The notes: generated by a model from the letters alone, not told the origin. Shown: positions 27,797-37,437, counted from the stretch's first letter. The stretch: DNA of 64,000 nucleotides from Candidatus Kerfeldbacteria bacterium RIFCSPLOWO2_02_FULL_42_19 (GCA_001818315.1 MHKF01000012.1:251149-315148), one strand, 5' to 3'. A program made the numbers and translations.

Positions 27797-30700
27797 ATGC
27801 GTACGAATCTTCCGATACAATTTTCATTTCGCTCGTCCGCTTTTCTTTTGATGCTGACAACTTTCGCATTCCTTCTACCACAGGCGACGGAAGCGAAGTT
27901 TGGCGATGTTGCTACGTACGTCGGTAAAATCATTGGCGGTGACGGCAAAGACAAACTCGAAGCGTATTTGGATCAGCCAAAGGATTTTGCGGTGGACAGC
28001 GCTGGGAATTTTTATATCGCCGACACGATGAACAATGTCGTACGGAAGATTGCAACCGACGGGAAAGTTTCCACGGTTGCGGGCACTGGAGCTTACGGCG
28101 ATACCGACGGCGACACGAATAAAGCACGTTTTGGTTGGCCAGAAGCGATTGCTCTCGATGGCAGTACGATTTTTTTAGCCGATACGGATAACAGCAAAAT
28201 TAAAAAAATTTCCGGCGGTAAAGTGACGACTCTGGTTTCTTCTGGTCTCTCGAAACCCAAAGGATTGTACGCCGACACTGAAAACGACATTTTGTACATT
28301 GCCGATACTGGCAACAATGCTTTGAAAAAAGTGAGTTTCAGTGGCGGAAGTGTGAGTAAAGTCGCTTCCGGTCTTTCCTCGCCAACGAAGATGACGAAAA
28401 ATGGCAGCGCGTTGTACGTTGCGAATACCGGCAATCAACGTATCGTCGCTGTGGATATTACCAACGGAAGCGTGACGACGCTCGCTTCTGGATTCTTGAA
28501 TATTGGCGGTGTGTATTTTTACGATGGCGCGGTGTATGAAGTCGATGGCGATGGACTTTTCGACTTTCTGTACAAAGTAACGCTCGATGGCACAAAAACG
28601 TTGCTTGCCGAAGACGAGCATATGATTACGTTGAATACTTCTTCCGCCATACTCGTTCGTGATGGAAAAATATACGTGCTCAATAGCGGTGGCAGTAGTA
28701 TTTATCGTTTTGATTTGGATGGGCAGAATCCTTTTCACTATGCCGGTAAAGATCGGTTCGGGAATGATAATGGCACGGGTACAGGTGCGCTCATTGGACG
28801 GCCGAAGGGATTGGTGCTTTCACACGACAGAAAATTTTTCTATCTTGCGGAAAATAACAAAATTCGGAAAATCGAACGCACAACGGGTGTTGTGACGTCA
28901 CTCATCGGCAACAGTGTGGATAATTATAAAGAAGGGAGAACGGGTTCAGAAGGTCGTTTTAGCGATATTACTGGGGTCGTGATCAGTCCGGATAACAAGA
29001 CGCTTTATGTCGTTGACCGTAATAATAATCGTATCCGCGGCGTGGATATTGCGACGAAAACTGATTTCCTCATCACTGGCGCGGGTGAGATTAATTCGAC
29101 AAGCGAATCGGATAACGGCTATCAAGAAGGTGCAAAATGTCTTGGAGAATTCAAGGCAGCGGCTGCCGGTTGCGCGTATTTCAATCGTCCTATCGGCATT
29201 GCCATTTCGCTGGATGGCAATTTTCTCTATATTGCGGATACCGGCAATCATCGGATTCGTCGTGTGCGTGTGAGTGATGGAGTGACGACGCTCATTGCTG
29301 GCTCTGGTAAGGCTGGTTTTAAAAACGGCGCCGGAGCTGCCACCGAGTTGAGTAGTCCTATGAGTGTCGCTATTGATCATGACGGAGCGTTTCTGTATGT
29401 CGCTGATAAAGATAATCATGCGATTCGGCGCATACGACTTTCGGATCGTAAAGTCGAGACACTCGCAGGTACTGGAGAGCCGGGTTACAATGACGCAACG
29501 TTTGATAAGACGGTGTTTTCGTTTCCTGAATACGTGACCTTTGGTGGCGATGGACACGTATATGTTTCAGAGGTCGGTGGACAACGCATTCGTCAGCTTG
29601 ATCTTGAGGAAGAAGTCACGAAGCTTGTGGCTGGTTCTGGCATTCGAGGCTTTCGTGATGGCAAAAAAAACGACGCGCAGTTTAATAATCCGAAAGGGCT
29701 CGTCGTTGACGCGCCGGATGATCGTGTGTACGTCGCGGATAATTTTAATGATCTCATTCGCGTGATTGATATTGAAGGCGAAGCGCCTTTTACAGAGCAA
29801 GCTCCCAAAGTTTCGCGCGTGGATCCCAATATGAAGACGGTTCCCGATGGGCCAGAAGTGACGTTATTTGTTTCAGTCACGGGGAGTAATTTTCGTCATG
29901 GCGCTAAAGCGATTTTCGGTACATTTGAGGCCGTCAATACGTATGTTCAGTCGTCTACACAACTTGCTGTTGAGCTTCCCTTTGGATTGATGTTTCCGGG
30001 TTCTTATGATGTCACCGTGCAGAATGTTGATACGCAACAGCACACGCTTCTGAAAGGCTTTCGTGTGGCGAATAAAGATAATACGGTTCCGGATGTGTAT
30101 TTTCGAGCTGATGGCACGGTGACGGGAGGCAGCGCTCCGGCGCCTGCGAAGTCGACATTTTTTCCATATGATTCCACGCTCGTTGGCGGATTTCATCCGT
30201 TGTCGTGCGATCTCACCGGTGATGGAGTCGCTGAGCTTTTAACGGGTCCTGATGTTGGGTTTGGACCGCAGGTTCGCGTATTCCAACAGAATGGAAAGGC
30301 ATTGTTTTCCTTCTTTGCGTATGCAGAAACATTACGCTCTGGTGTGCGCGTTGCCTGCGGCGATCTCACCGGCGATCGTTTTGCGGAAATCGTGACTGCT
30401 CCCGGACCTGGCGGTCGGCCGCATATACGCATTTTTGATCACAAAGGAGTGTTGAAGCATCCCGGATTCTTTGCGCTGGACGGTTTATTTCAGGGAGGTA
30501 CATACGTTGATGTAGGGAACGTGAATGGCGACCGTCGCGGGGATATTATTGTTACGGCGGGGAAAGGCGGCGGCCCGCAGGTGACCGTGCATCGCATGGA
30601 CGGTACGATGCTTGCGAACTTTTTCGCGTATGATAAGAATACGTTTCGCGGTGGAATCCGTTCGGCGGTTTTAGATTTTGACGATGACGGTATTGATGAA

Positions 30701-31072
30701 ATTATTGTTGGACCGGAATTTGGCGCGCCGCACATACAAATGTTCAGTGTCCAGAAAAATAAAGTAAAATTACTGAATCCAGGGTTTTTCGCGTTCAGCA
30801 AGGATTTCTACGGTGGCGTGAGTGTCGCTGGTGGAGATATTGATGGCGACGGTCGTGATGAAATTATTGTTGGGGCAGGGGTTGACGCGACGCCGCTCGT
30901 GCGGGTATTTAATAAAACTGGTTCAAAAATTATCAAAGAATTGTTGGTGTTTGCGGACGGTTTTTTGGGCGGTGTGAATGTTACAGCCGGCGATACTGAC
31001 GGCGATGGGGTCGATGATATTACCGTGATGCCACGGAGTAATAGCGTACCAATGCTTCGTGTTTTGAAGTGA
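27797..31072 (+). CDS. Large secreted NHL-repeat / IPT-TIG / FG-GAP (VCBS) repeat surface protein
   Basis: Signal peptide. About 12 NHL-like blades (LYVADTGNHRIRRV, LYVADKDNHAIRRI). A TIG domain (VSRVDPNMKTVPDGPEVTLFVSVTGSNF). C-terminal FG-GAP repeats (GDLTGDGVAE, GDIDGDGRDEII, GDTDGDGVDDI). Confidence 0.8.
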   Translation: MRTNLPIQFSFRSSAFLLMLTTFAFLLPQATEAKFGDVATYVGKIIGGDGKDKLEAYLDQPKDFAVDSAGNFYIADTMNNVVRKIATDGKVSTVAGTGAYGDTDGDTNKARFGWPEAIALDGSTIFLADTDNSKIKKISGGKVTTLVSSGLSKPKGLYADTENDILYIADTGNNALKKVSFSGGSVSKVASGLSSPTKMTKNGSALYVANTGNQRIVAVDITNGSVTTLASGFLNIGGVYFYDGAVYEVDGDGLFDFLYKVTLDGTKTLLAEDEHMITLNTSSAILVRDGKIYVLNSGGSSIYRFDLDGQNPFHYAGKDRFGNDNGTGTGALIGRPKGLVLSHDRKFFYLAENNKIRKIERTTGVVTSLIGNSVDNYKEGRTGSEGRFSDITGVVISPDNKTLYVVDRNNNRIRGVDIATKTDFLITGAGEINSTSESDNGYQEGAKCLGEFKAAAAGCAYFNRPIGIAISLDGNFLYIADTGNHRIRRVRVSDGVTTLIAGSGKAGFKNGAGAATELSSPMSVAIDHDGAFLYVADKDNHAIRRIRLSDRKVETLAGTGEPGYNDATFDKTVFSFPEYVTFGGDGHVYVSEVGGQRIRQLDLEEEVTKLVAGSGIRGFRDGKKNDAQFNNPKGLVVDAPDDRVYVADNFNDLIRVIDIEGEAPFTEQAPKVSRVDPNMKTVPDGPEVTLFVSVTGSNFRHGAKAIFGTFEAVNTYVQSSTQLAVELPFGLMFPGSYDVTVQNVDTQQHTLLKGFRVANKDNTVPDVYFRADGTVTGGSAPAPAKSTFFPYDSTLVGGFHPLSCDLTGDGVAELLTGPDVGFGPQVRVFQQNGKALFSFFAYAETLRSGVRVACGDLTGDRFAEIVTAPGPGGRPHIRIFDHKGVLKHPGFFALDGLFQGGTYVDVGNVNGDRRGDIIVTAGKGGGPQVTVHRMDGTMLANFFAYDKNTFRGGIRSAVLDFDDDGIDEIIVGPEFGAPHIQMFSVQKNKVKLLNPGFFAFSKDFYGGVSVAGGDIDGDGRDEIIVGAGVDATPLVRVFNKTGSKIIKELLVFADGFLGGVNVTAGDTDGDGVDDITVMPRSNSVPMLRVLK

Positions 31073-31165
31073 CCGACGAGACCGTTGAGTTCGTTTTGTT
31101 GACTGCTTTGGACTTCTTTTTTTATTTTATCTTAGCTATCTTTCTATTTTTTTAATCGAGAGCTA

Positions 31166-31194
31166 TTGACAAATATTTACCGTTGGTTTATAAT
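31166..31194 (+). promoter_or_regulatory. Perfect consensus sigma70 promoter TTGACA-17-TATAAT
   Basis: ttgaca aatatttaccgttggtt tataat, read directly. No ORF with a ribosome-binding site follows. Confidence 0.75.
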
Positions 31195-31200
31195 AGTGGC

Positions 31201-31685
31201 TGTTACGATGAAAGTTCGAGACTGTTCGTTGTTATAATTCAGTGAGGAGAGAGCCGCCACCCGTCGGTTATCGGGTCACATGTTTCTTTATGTCAGGATC
31301 AACGCTGAGGTCTGCGTATGTCCTTATGTGAAGCATGTGTTACTCATCGAATTACAAGGCGATGGGGAGAACTCTTCTCTAGGAAACGAATCTATTTGTA
31401 TTTTAGACAAGATATTTCCCGATCGCCTTTTTTGCTGGCAAGAGACATGGAGAGGAGAGAGTAACATCCATCAAGATAAGGTAAATATTTATTATTTTGA
31501 CCTTTCAACTTGATGCTCTCCATATCTCTCGCTGGCAAAAGCCAGAATAACAGAATTTTCCTCACGTGCGGCTTGGAAAGGAAAATCAAAACCAGACTTC
31601 TCAGTCCAGCAGAAAGAAGGAGATGGAATTACATGGCGTAATTCTTATTTATTTATAAAGGCCCCCTGAGTGAGGGGGCCTTTAT
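31201..31685 (+). ncRNA. Candidate about 480-nt structured noncoding RNA of unknown class
   Basis: It lies between the consensus promoter and a perfect intrinsic terminator. The only ORF is 77 aa, with no SD and implausible composition. Several local helices are visible (GAAUUAC-AUGGC-GUAAUUC, CUGGC-AAAA-GCCAG, AGAGACAUGGAGAG pairing with CUCUCCAUAUCUCU about 55 nt away). No RNase P P4, tmRNA T-arm or SRP domain IV motif was found. Confidence 0.45.
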
Positions 31686-31690
31686 GGTTT
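31657..31690. terminator. Bidirectional intrinsic terminator shared by the ncRNA candidate (+) and the histone-fold gene (-)
   Basis: aaaGGCCCCCTgagtgAGGGGGCCttt, with U-runs on both strands. Confidence 0.8.
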
Positions 31691-31716
31691 TCCGTTGATC
31701 GTGACTATGCAAAGAT

Positions 31717-31893
31717 TTACAGATCGTGAGGTTTTACGGTTGTCCGCTTGTTTCCTTGAGCACGTTTGCAGGCGGCTTCAACCATCTGCATGACTTTTTT
31801 ATTGAGCTCGTCCATAAGCTCGGATGATGTCATGCACTTTTGTGATTTGATGTAGGCTTTGAGTTTGGAGCCTACAATGAGCATGTCACTCAT
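31717..31893 (-). CDS. Bacterial histone-fold DNA-binding protein (DUF1931 / Bdellovibrio Bd0055-like)
   Basis: 58 aa: MSDMLIVGSKLKAYIKSQKCMTSSELMDELNKKVMQMVEAACKRAQGNKRTTVKPHDL. It is colinear with the Bd0055 bacterial histone (xVLVVTSKVKKLIKEK-GQMNTSAETIDVLSKAIEQLCLKAVESAKADGRKTVMARDI), which I am quoting from memory. A TTGCGA-17-TATACT promoter lies upstream. It falls below the 60-aa ORF-track cutoff. Confidence 0.8.
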   Translation of the reverse strand: MSDMLIVGSKLKAYIKSQKCMTSSELMDELNKKVMQMVEAACKRAQGNKRTTVKPHDL

Positions 31894-32005
31894 GTATGCT
31901 TAATTAATGATTATGTGCTTAACAATAAGCAAATTTCGTAAAGGCAGTATAGCAATTTTATCAAATTTTCGCAAATCGAAATTCGTAAACGAAAATCCCG
32001 TTGGT

Positions 32006-32034
32006 GCATTTCAACGGGATTAAGGAGCAGGATG
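32006..32034 (-). terminator. Intrinsic terminator for the ABC transporter gene
   Basis: aatcccgttg-gtgcatttc-aacgggatt, a 10-bp stem followed by a U-run on the minus strand. Confidence 0.7.
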
Positions 32035-32051
32035 TTCAGAACGGATGTAGT

Positions 32052-34004
32052 TTATTGTCGCATCTGTTTGGACCACAGACGGGCATAGATGCCTGTGGTA
32101 TTCAAGAGTTGGCGGTGTGAACCAATTTCGACGAGACGTCCTTCGTGGAACACGAGAATACGATCGAAATTTTGTATTGTTGGTAGTCGGTGGGCTATAG
32201 CGAGCATCGTGCATCGACCTTGTCCTCGAATTTTTTCAATCGCTTGTTGTATGAGCGCTTCGTGTTCCGAATCTACACTGGAAGTAGCTTCATCAAAAAT
32301 GAGCAGCTTCGGTTGACGTGCAATCGCTCGTGCAATGCCAATGAGTTGGCGTTGCCCGCCGGAGAGCAGCATGCCTCGTTCTCCAATGAGCGTGTTATAT
32401 CCATTGGGCAACTTCATAATGAACTCATGTGCTTGCGCAATTTTTGCGGCCGCAATAATTTCGTGCATCGCTTGTTCATGAATATTCTCCGGGTCTATTG
32501 CACTGAAGCACGCAATGTTCTGTGCGATTGTCCGACTAAAGACTTCTACCTCCTGCGGGACGTAACCGATATTTTGTCTCCAATCACTACGTCGTACTGT
32601 TTTTAACGGTTGACCGTTGACAAAAATCGTTCCGTGCTTGGGATCATAGTGACGCAGGAGAAGCTTCACAAACGTCGACTTGCCGCTGCCGGTGAGTCCA
32701 GCAATGCCAATGAATTCGCCAAACTGAATGTTGACATTGACATCGTGTAGCGCACTGGTTCCATTGCTGTGGATCATATCACTACTGACTGCTGGTGTGA
32801 GTTGCTGCGGTGCATCAGTCATTGCAGAGATCGCTTCTTGTGCATGATTGAGTCCATTGTGTGTCGAGCACACGACGAGTCTTTTGCGTGAATTGTATTC
32901 GAAATCCACATCTTCAAATCGGATGAACGATGTTGGATTCGGAACACTCGACAACGGACGAGGATGCGGTAGATCCTCAATCAACGGTGGGGTTTTGAGG
33001 AGGGTTATGAGTCGCTTGATGCCTGTTTCTGCTTCCGCCATTTGCCGACGCACTCGGAAGATGCGATACAAATGAATAAAGTTTTTAATGGAAAGCGTCA
33101 TGCAGAGGTACCATTCTCCAAGCGTGATTCTGCCTGTTACGACGTGGAGACAAATGACGCCTAACACGATGCCGATCGAAACAGCCATACAAAGCCCACG
33201 CACAACATTGTAGCGTATGTACGTCGTGTTGATGTCATACCACAATCGGATTATGTGATTGACTTTTGTTTCAACCCTTTGTTGCACGCGTTCTTGCATC
33301 CCATGCGATTGAATGCTGTTAATATTGAGGGCATTTTCAACCATATCTGATGCCAGCGCTTCTTCATGATCCATTTCTTTTTCATGCATCGGTTTTACGA
33401 CTATTTCCAGTCGCAAGGATAGGTATATGTAAGGAATGATGAGCACGCCGAAGACGGCCATAACCCACCAGTCGTATATGAGGAGCATGACGCTACTGAC
33501 GAGGAGGAGGAATGAGGTGGGGAAGAATTCGTAACACAGGTTGAGGAGAAACATGATCAGGTTATCGATGCCGCGATGTATCTGCTTCATGAGTTCACCT
33601 GAATTGTGTTGTTCGTGGAAGCCGAGTGAAAGATCAAACAGTTTTTGATGCGTCACGATGTACTGATGCCGTGTGCTGTCTGCGATTGTTTTCTTCCAAA
33701 TCTGCCGATCTGCGACGTGATCAATAAGATCAAGTCCGGCGTACAAACCTGTGTAGGCGAGGATGAGCAGTGCGAGATCCCACTGGAGTTGTCTATCGAT
33801 CTGAATGTGTTCGACGTGATTTTTTATGAAGTCGAGGATCTTGCTCAGTAGCCACGGGTCGAGGAGGCGTGCGAGTTGTATGAAGAGCATGAGCATAATG
33901 AGGGTGACGAATGCCTTCTGCACCGGTTTCAAAAGCTCCCAGAGATTTTTTGAGAATACCGAAATTTCTTTCGCGACTTTCGTTAGTTCCAATCTGGACC
34001 GCAT
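32052..34004 (-). CDS. ABC exporter, fused permease/ATPase (MsbA/MdlB-like)
   Basis: Six TM helices followed by Walker A GLTGSGKST, the ABC signature LSGGQRQ, and Walker B LLIFDEATS. Confidence 0.9.
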   Translation of the reverse strand: MRSRLELTKVAKEISVFSKNLWELLKPVQKAFVTLIMLMLFIQLARLLDPWLLSKILDFIKNHVEHIQIDRQLQWDLALLILAYTGLYAGLDLIDHVADRQIWKKTIADSTRHQYIVTHQKLFDLSLGFHEQHNSGELMKQIHRGIDNLIMFLLNLCYEFFPTSFLLLVSSVMLLIYDWWVMAVFGVLIIPYIYLSLRLEIVVKPMHEKEMDHEEALASDMVENALNINSIQSHGMQERVQQRVETKVNHIIRLWYDINTTYIRYNVVRGLCMAVSIGIVLGVICLHVVTGRITLGEWYLCMTLSIKNFIHLYRIFRVRRQMAEAETGIKRLITLLKTPPLIEDLPHPRPLSSVPNPTSFIRFEDVDFEYNSRKRLVVCSTHNGLNHAQEAISAMTDAPQQLTPAVSSDMIHSNGTSALHDVNVNIQFGEFIGIAGLTGSGKSTFVKLLLRHYDPKHGTIFVNGQPLKTVRRSDWRQNIGYVPQEVEVFSRTIAQNIACFSAIDPENIHEQAMHEIIAAAKIAQAHEFIMKLPNGYNTLIGERGMLLSGGQRQLIGIARAIARQPKLLIFDEATSSVDSEHEALIQQAIEKIRGQGRCTMLAIAHRLPTIQNFDRILVFHEGRLVEIGSHRQLLNTTGIYARLWSKQMRQ

Positions 34005-34257
34005 AGTTTTCTCCTTAGTTAGTGCACTTTCGTCATTGCACTGATTGATTGTGATGTCGAAGTACGATCTCTACAAACAAAAATTCTGGCTTGTATGCCA
34101 GAATCTCGGTATCATGTTTTGATTATTTTTATGCATGATTATTCCTCCATATTGTTCTTCGAGATTTTGACATACGAGTATCGCTCCGCGTAAAAATCGG
34201 AGATCCATTGTTTCCAGACGATATATATTGTCGTGCGAGGGTCAACATCACCTTATT

Positions 34258-34305
34258 TTAACTTGATAATTCCGCGCTAGCTTGATGCGCCGGTTTCATT
34301 CTCAG
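34258..34305 (+). repeat. Conserved about 45-nt motif (family C), copy 2 of 3
   Basis: ttttaacttgataattccgcgctagcttgatgcgccggtttcatt. Compare the copies at 26108 and 53088. Confidence 0.7.
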
Positions 34306-34358
34306 AAGAACTTACTCTATCACACCGAATTTTTTTGTCAAATTATGATGAGACTGAT

Positions 34359-34523
34359 GGGCTGTCGCTATAAATACCGTTTCCTGTGCAACGCGCAAAA
34401 GAAAAGAGGAGGAAGACGAGACTTTCTCAGCACACTGTGCAGTTGTTAGTGCTTCGAAAGCTCTTGTCTTCCTCCTCTTTTCTTTATACATGAAATAAGA
34501 AACGGTATTTATGGCGACAGTCC
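34359..34523. repeat. Composite family A element: outer 25-bp inverted-repeat arms plus inner 16-bp-stem hairpin
   Basis: gggctgtcgctataaataccgtttcc pairs with gaaacggtatttatggcgacagtcc. The inner hairpin aaaagaggaggaagac...gtcttcctcctctttt carries the ctcagcacactgtgcag core. Confidence 0.85.
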
Positions 34524-34546
34524 TCTGATTGTCTTTTCGATAATAT

Positions 34547-34780
34547 GTGTATTTTAGTACTGATGATTTTGGTTATGATCCATCTGGAGAGACGACGTCT
34601 GAAGGAGTGTTGTATGCACTTCGTGCTGAGAGTGGAGAACGTGTTTGGAGTTCTGAGGCATTTCAAGGAGTTGGATCGGCTCAAACTTCACCAGCTGTTT
34701 CTAATGGCGTAGTGATTTTTGCCTCTTATGATGATCAGCAGAGAAAGGATCATGGAGTTTTTGCATGTACATCTTTGTAA
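34547..34780 (+). pseudogene. Fragment of a PQQ/BamB-like beta-propeller protein
   Basis: GVLYALRAESGERVWS...SPAVSNGVVIFASYD propeller-blade motifs in a 77-aa ORF that lacks an N-terminal domain. It sits next to the repeat element. Confidence 0.35.
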
Positions 34781-34867
34781 TTTCAACGGTTTTATTTTTT
34801 TGTAATTTTTTTATAAATTGAATTATTTGATATACTATAAGTGTTCATTTTTTTTCGGAGGATTTTT

Positions 34868-35686
34868 ATGCTTCGAGTTGTATCGCTTGCGCCAAGTAAT
34901 ACAGAAATTTTATATGCACTGGGTTGTCAAGATAATATCATTGCAGTAACCAAGCTTTGTGATTATCCCGAAGCTGCTCGTCAGAAGTCACATATTGGTA
35001 CGTGGACTGAGACGGATTGTGACGCTCTTATGAAAGTCGCGCCTGATATTATTCTGACGTCTTATTATTTGCCTGAGGCTTTGCGGCAGTATACTGGCCC
35101 TGGGGAAATTTATCATCTGCATCCAAAGACTCTTGGCGATGTATTTGAATCTATTGTGGAAATTGGATCGCTGTTTGGTAAAGAGCAACAAGCGCAGTCA
35201 CTCGTTGCGAATATGAAGCAGCGTTTCGCGAGCCTTGCGGAATGTAGTGCAGGGCATAATCGACGTTTTTCTGTGTATGCTGAAGAGTGGGGTAATCCTC
35301 CGATGATTGCCGGTAATTGGGTGCCTGAGATTTTGAAAATCGCTGGCGGTGTGACAGGACTCAGAGAAGCTGGGCAGGTGAGTTGTAAGCTCGACGAGTC
35401 TCAGCTGTTTCTTTATAATCCGGAGGTTATTTTGATCCATTGGTGCGGTCGAGCGATGAGGAGCGATGTTGCGGAAGTTCAGTCGAGACCGAATTGGCGG
35501 CATTTGCGCGCTGTACGCGCAGGACATGTGTTTCGTATTGATGATTCATTATTGAATCGACCAGGACCTCGACTTGTTGAAGGCGCACAAGCTGTGCATG
35601 ATGTATTGCATGCGTTGCTGGAAGGCGAGGTTTCGACTCAATATGAAAAAAAATCTACGCGGGTAACATTTTCTACAATTCGCTAA
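34868..35686 (+). CDS. BtuF/TroA-like (class III periplasmic-binding-fold) cobalamin- or siderophore-binding protein, with no signal peptide
   Basis: RVVSLAPSNTEILYALG...KLCDYPE...PDIIL resembles the BtuF N-lobe. No permease or ATPase partner is adjacent. Confidence 0.7.
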   Translation: MLRVVSLAPSNTEILYALGCQDNIIAVTKLCDYPEAARQKSHIGTWTETDCDALMKVAPDIILTSYYLPEALRQYTGPGEIYHLHPKTLGDVFESIVEIGSLFGKEQQAQSLVANMKQRFASLAECSAGHNRRFSVYAEEWGNPPMIAGNWVPEILKIAGGVTGLREAGQVSCKLDESQLFLYNPEVILIHWCGRAMRSDVAEVQSRPNWRHLRAVRAGHVFRIDDSLLNRPGPRLVEGAQAVHDVLHALLEGEVSTQYEKKSTRVTFSTIR

Positions 35687-35690
35687 ACTT

Positions 35691-37283
35691 TTATTTTTGT
35701 GCGACGAGTACAAAAGTTCCTTTTACATTTGCACTGGCGATCGCTATGTGTTTCTCAGGAAAATTTTTTCCGATGTACTGCCATTTTCCGGTTGCATTGT
35801 TATAAAAGGCGATGCGTATTTTTTCTGCGGTCACACCATTTTTTTCTAACTGATCATTTGTGTAATCAAATATGACCGAATACGGTTTTTTGATAATTTT
35901 TGCTTCGGATTTATATGCTTGGCTTAAGACTTTATCCACATCTTTCAAATCAATTTTCGGCATTGTTGTTTTTCTGAGATTAAAATTTGTGTTCTCAAAT
36001 GGCGTCGTCATGTATACTTCTGGATTGAGCCGCGCTGTAATCGTTTTGAGCCAATCAACGCGCGTGAAATATGTATCAGCTACATCTACTTGATAGATAG
36101 TCTGTTTTCCATAAATGATCGCATAGGTATCTGTAGGGATATAGACATCTTTCACACCGCCATTTCCGGTGTTCAGTCCAGAAATCAGAATTTTATCAAC
36201 AACGGGTTGACCTTTCGCGTCCGTTGTTTGAGATGCAATACTGAATTTTGCATTTTTGACGATCGCGCCTTTATCATTACGCAAAATCAGTCTGAGGCCG
36301 CTCAGGCGATAATTGACTTTGGTGAGTTCCGAATCTTTTATTTTTACTTTCCAAATATAATAAAAGAGTTTCGAAACATCTGATGGAATTTTGAGTGCGT
36401 ATTCACCGCTCGGAAGATACGCATCCACTTGACCTTCTAAACCTGTGTAGACATCTGCAAGATGAGTACCGACGATGGGATTTTCTTGCGCGTCATACTT
36501 TTGCGTATACATTGCAATTTTTTTCTCCCGCACGACCTTCTTGTTGATGTTTTGGAGCGCTGTTCTGAGTGTGCCTTGCTTATAATTCACTGTCGTTGTT
36601 TTTCCGCTGGTTGCTGTTTGATTCCAGATATAAAAATATTCTTTGTTACCGGTAGCGTGGAGGCGCACGATGTAACTTCCTGGCGCAAGATACATGTGTT
36701 TTCCGCCAACATCACCAGTGTTAACGTTCGCAGTAACGAGTTTATCTTTATTGAGTTTGGTTTCGTCGATAATTGGATCACCGTCCACATCGAAACCTTG
36801 AATATAAATATCGAAATAGCTATTTTTGACTAATTTTGATTCGGCGTCGCGGATAATGACAAACAGGTCGCTCATTTTGAGCTCGACTACTTGGATACCT
36901 TCTTTCGTTGTAATCTGATCACCCGATACAGAGAAATATCCATACGTGGCGCTCGATTCCCATACTTTGACTGCGTAGGGGCCTTTCGCTGTATCGAGAC
37001 AAAAAATTTCAGTTTGCCCACCTACGTCTGTTTTACCGGAGGTGAGTTTTTTGCTTTCATCGAAATACAGATTCCCATCCGGATCCTTTGTAACGGTATA
37101 GACGATGAAGTTAATATTCGGTACAAGTTTATTATTAGCGTCGCGGGTGATAATTTGCATGCCAGTTTTTTCGGTTTTACACGCTGCGATGCGCGTTTGT
37201 GCAGAAACATTGGGTGTTGATTGTATTTGCATCGCGACGATGATGCCGATGATGAGCACACTGAAACGGATAGAATTCTGCAT
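35691..37283 (-). CDS. Secreted hypothetical protein with about 4 internal repeats
   Basis: Signal peptide, then repeating modules (IIRDAESKLVKNSYFDIYIQGFDVDGDPIIDE and ILRNDKGAIVKNAKFSIASQTTDAKGQPVVDK). Confidence 0.55.
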   Translation of the reverse strand: MQNSIRFSVLIIGIIVAMQIQSTPNVSAQTRIAACKTEKTGMQIITRDANNKLVPNINFIVYTVTKDPDGNLYFDESKKLTSGKTDVGGQTEIFCLDTAKGPYAVKVWESSATYGYFSVSGDQITTKEGIQVVELKMSDLFVIIRDAESKLVKNSYFDIYIQGFDVDGDPIIDETKLNKDKLVTANVNTGDVGGKHMYLAPGSYIVRLHATGNKEYFYIWNQTATSGKTTTVNYKQGTLRTALQNINKKVVREKKIAMYTQKYDAQENPIVGTHLADVYTGLEGQVDAYLPSGEYALKIPSDVSKLFYYIWKVKIKDSELTKVNYRLSGLRLILRNDKGAIVKNAKFSIASQTTDAKGQPVVDKILISGLNTGNGGVKDVYIPTDTYAIIYGKQTIYQVDVADTYFTRVDWLKTITARLNPEVYMTTPFENTNFNLRKTTMPKIDLKDVDKVLSQAYKSEAKIIKKPYSVIFDYTNDQLEKNGVTAEKIRIAFYNNATGKWQYIGKNFPEKHIAIASANVKGTFVLVAQK

Positions 37284-37437
37284 ATAGTTATAAGTAATTT
37301 ATGAAAATAATTTTATATGAGTTTGGTGAATGCTTTGGGTGAATGCTTACAGTGATTCTATTGTAGAATGTGCCAGGTGCTTTGTCTATTGTATTGATGT
37401 ATACTACCGAGTAGTTTGATGAGTTTCGTAAATTTTT

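Noticed and set aside
28093-30801. Minus-strand ORFs inside the NHL/FG-GAP gene (for example 28175..28738, 28946..29557)
   Set aside because: They are antisense to a 1091-aa ORF with clear repeat-domain signatures. They are GC-elevated spurious frames.
31280-31513. 77-aa ORF inside the ncRNA candidate
   Set aside because: No Shine-Dalgarno. The Cys/Trp-rich composition is unlike the genome's proteins. It spans regions that form RNA helices.
31201-31685. Identity as RNase P RNA, tmRNA, SRP RNA or 6S RNA
   Set aside because: It lacks the RNase P P4 strands (GGAAAGUCCGGGC paired with ACAGAAcCCGGCUUA), a tRNA-like T-arm with 3' CCA, and the SRP domain IV GGAA/AGCAG motif. It is too long and too irregular for 6S. 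The class is left open.
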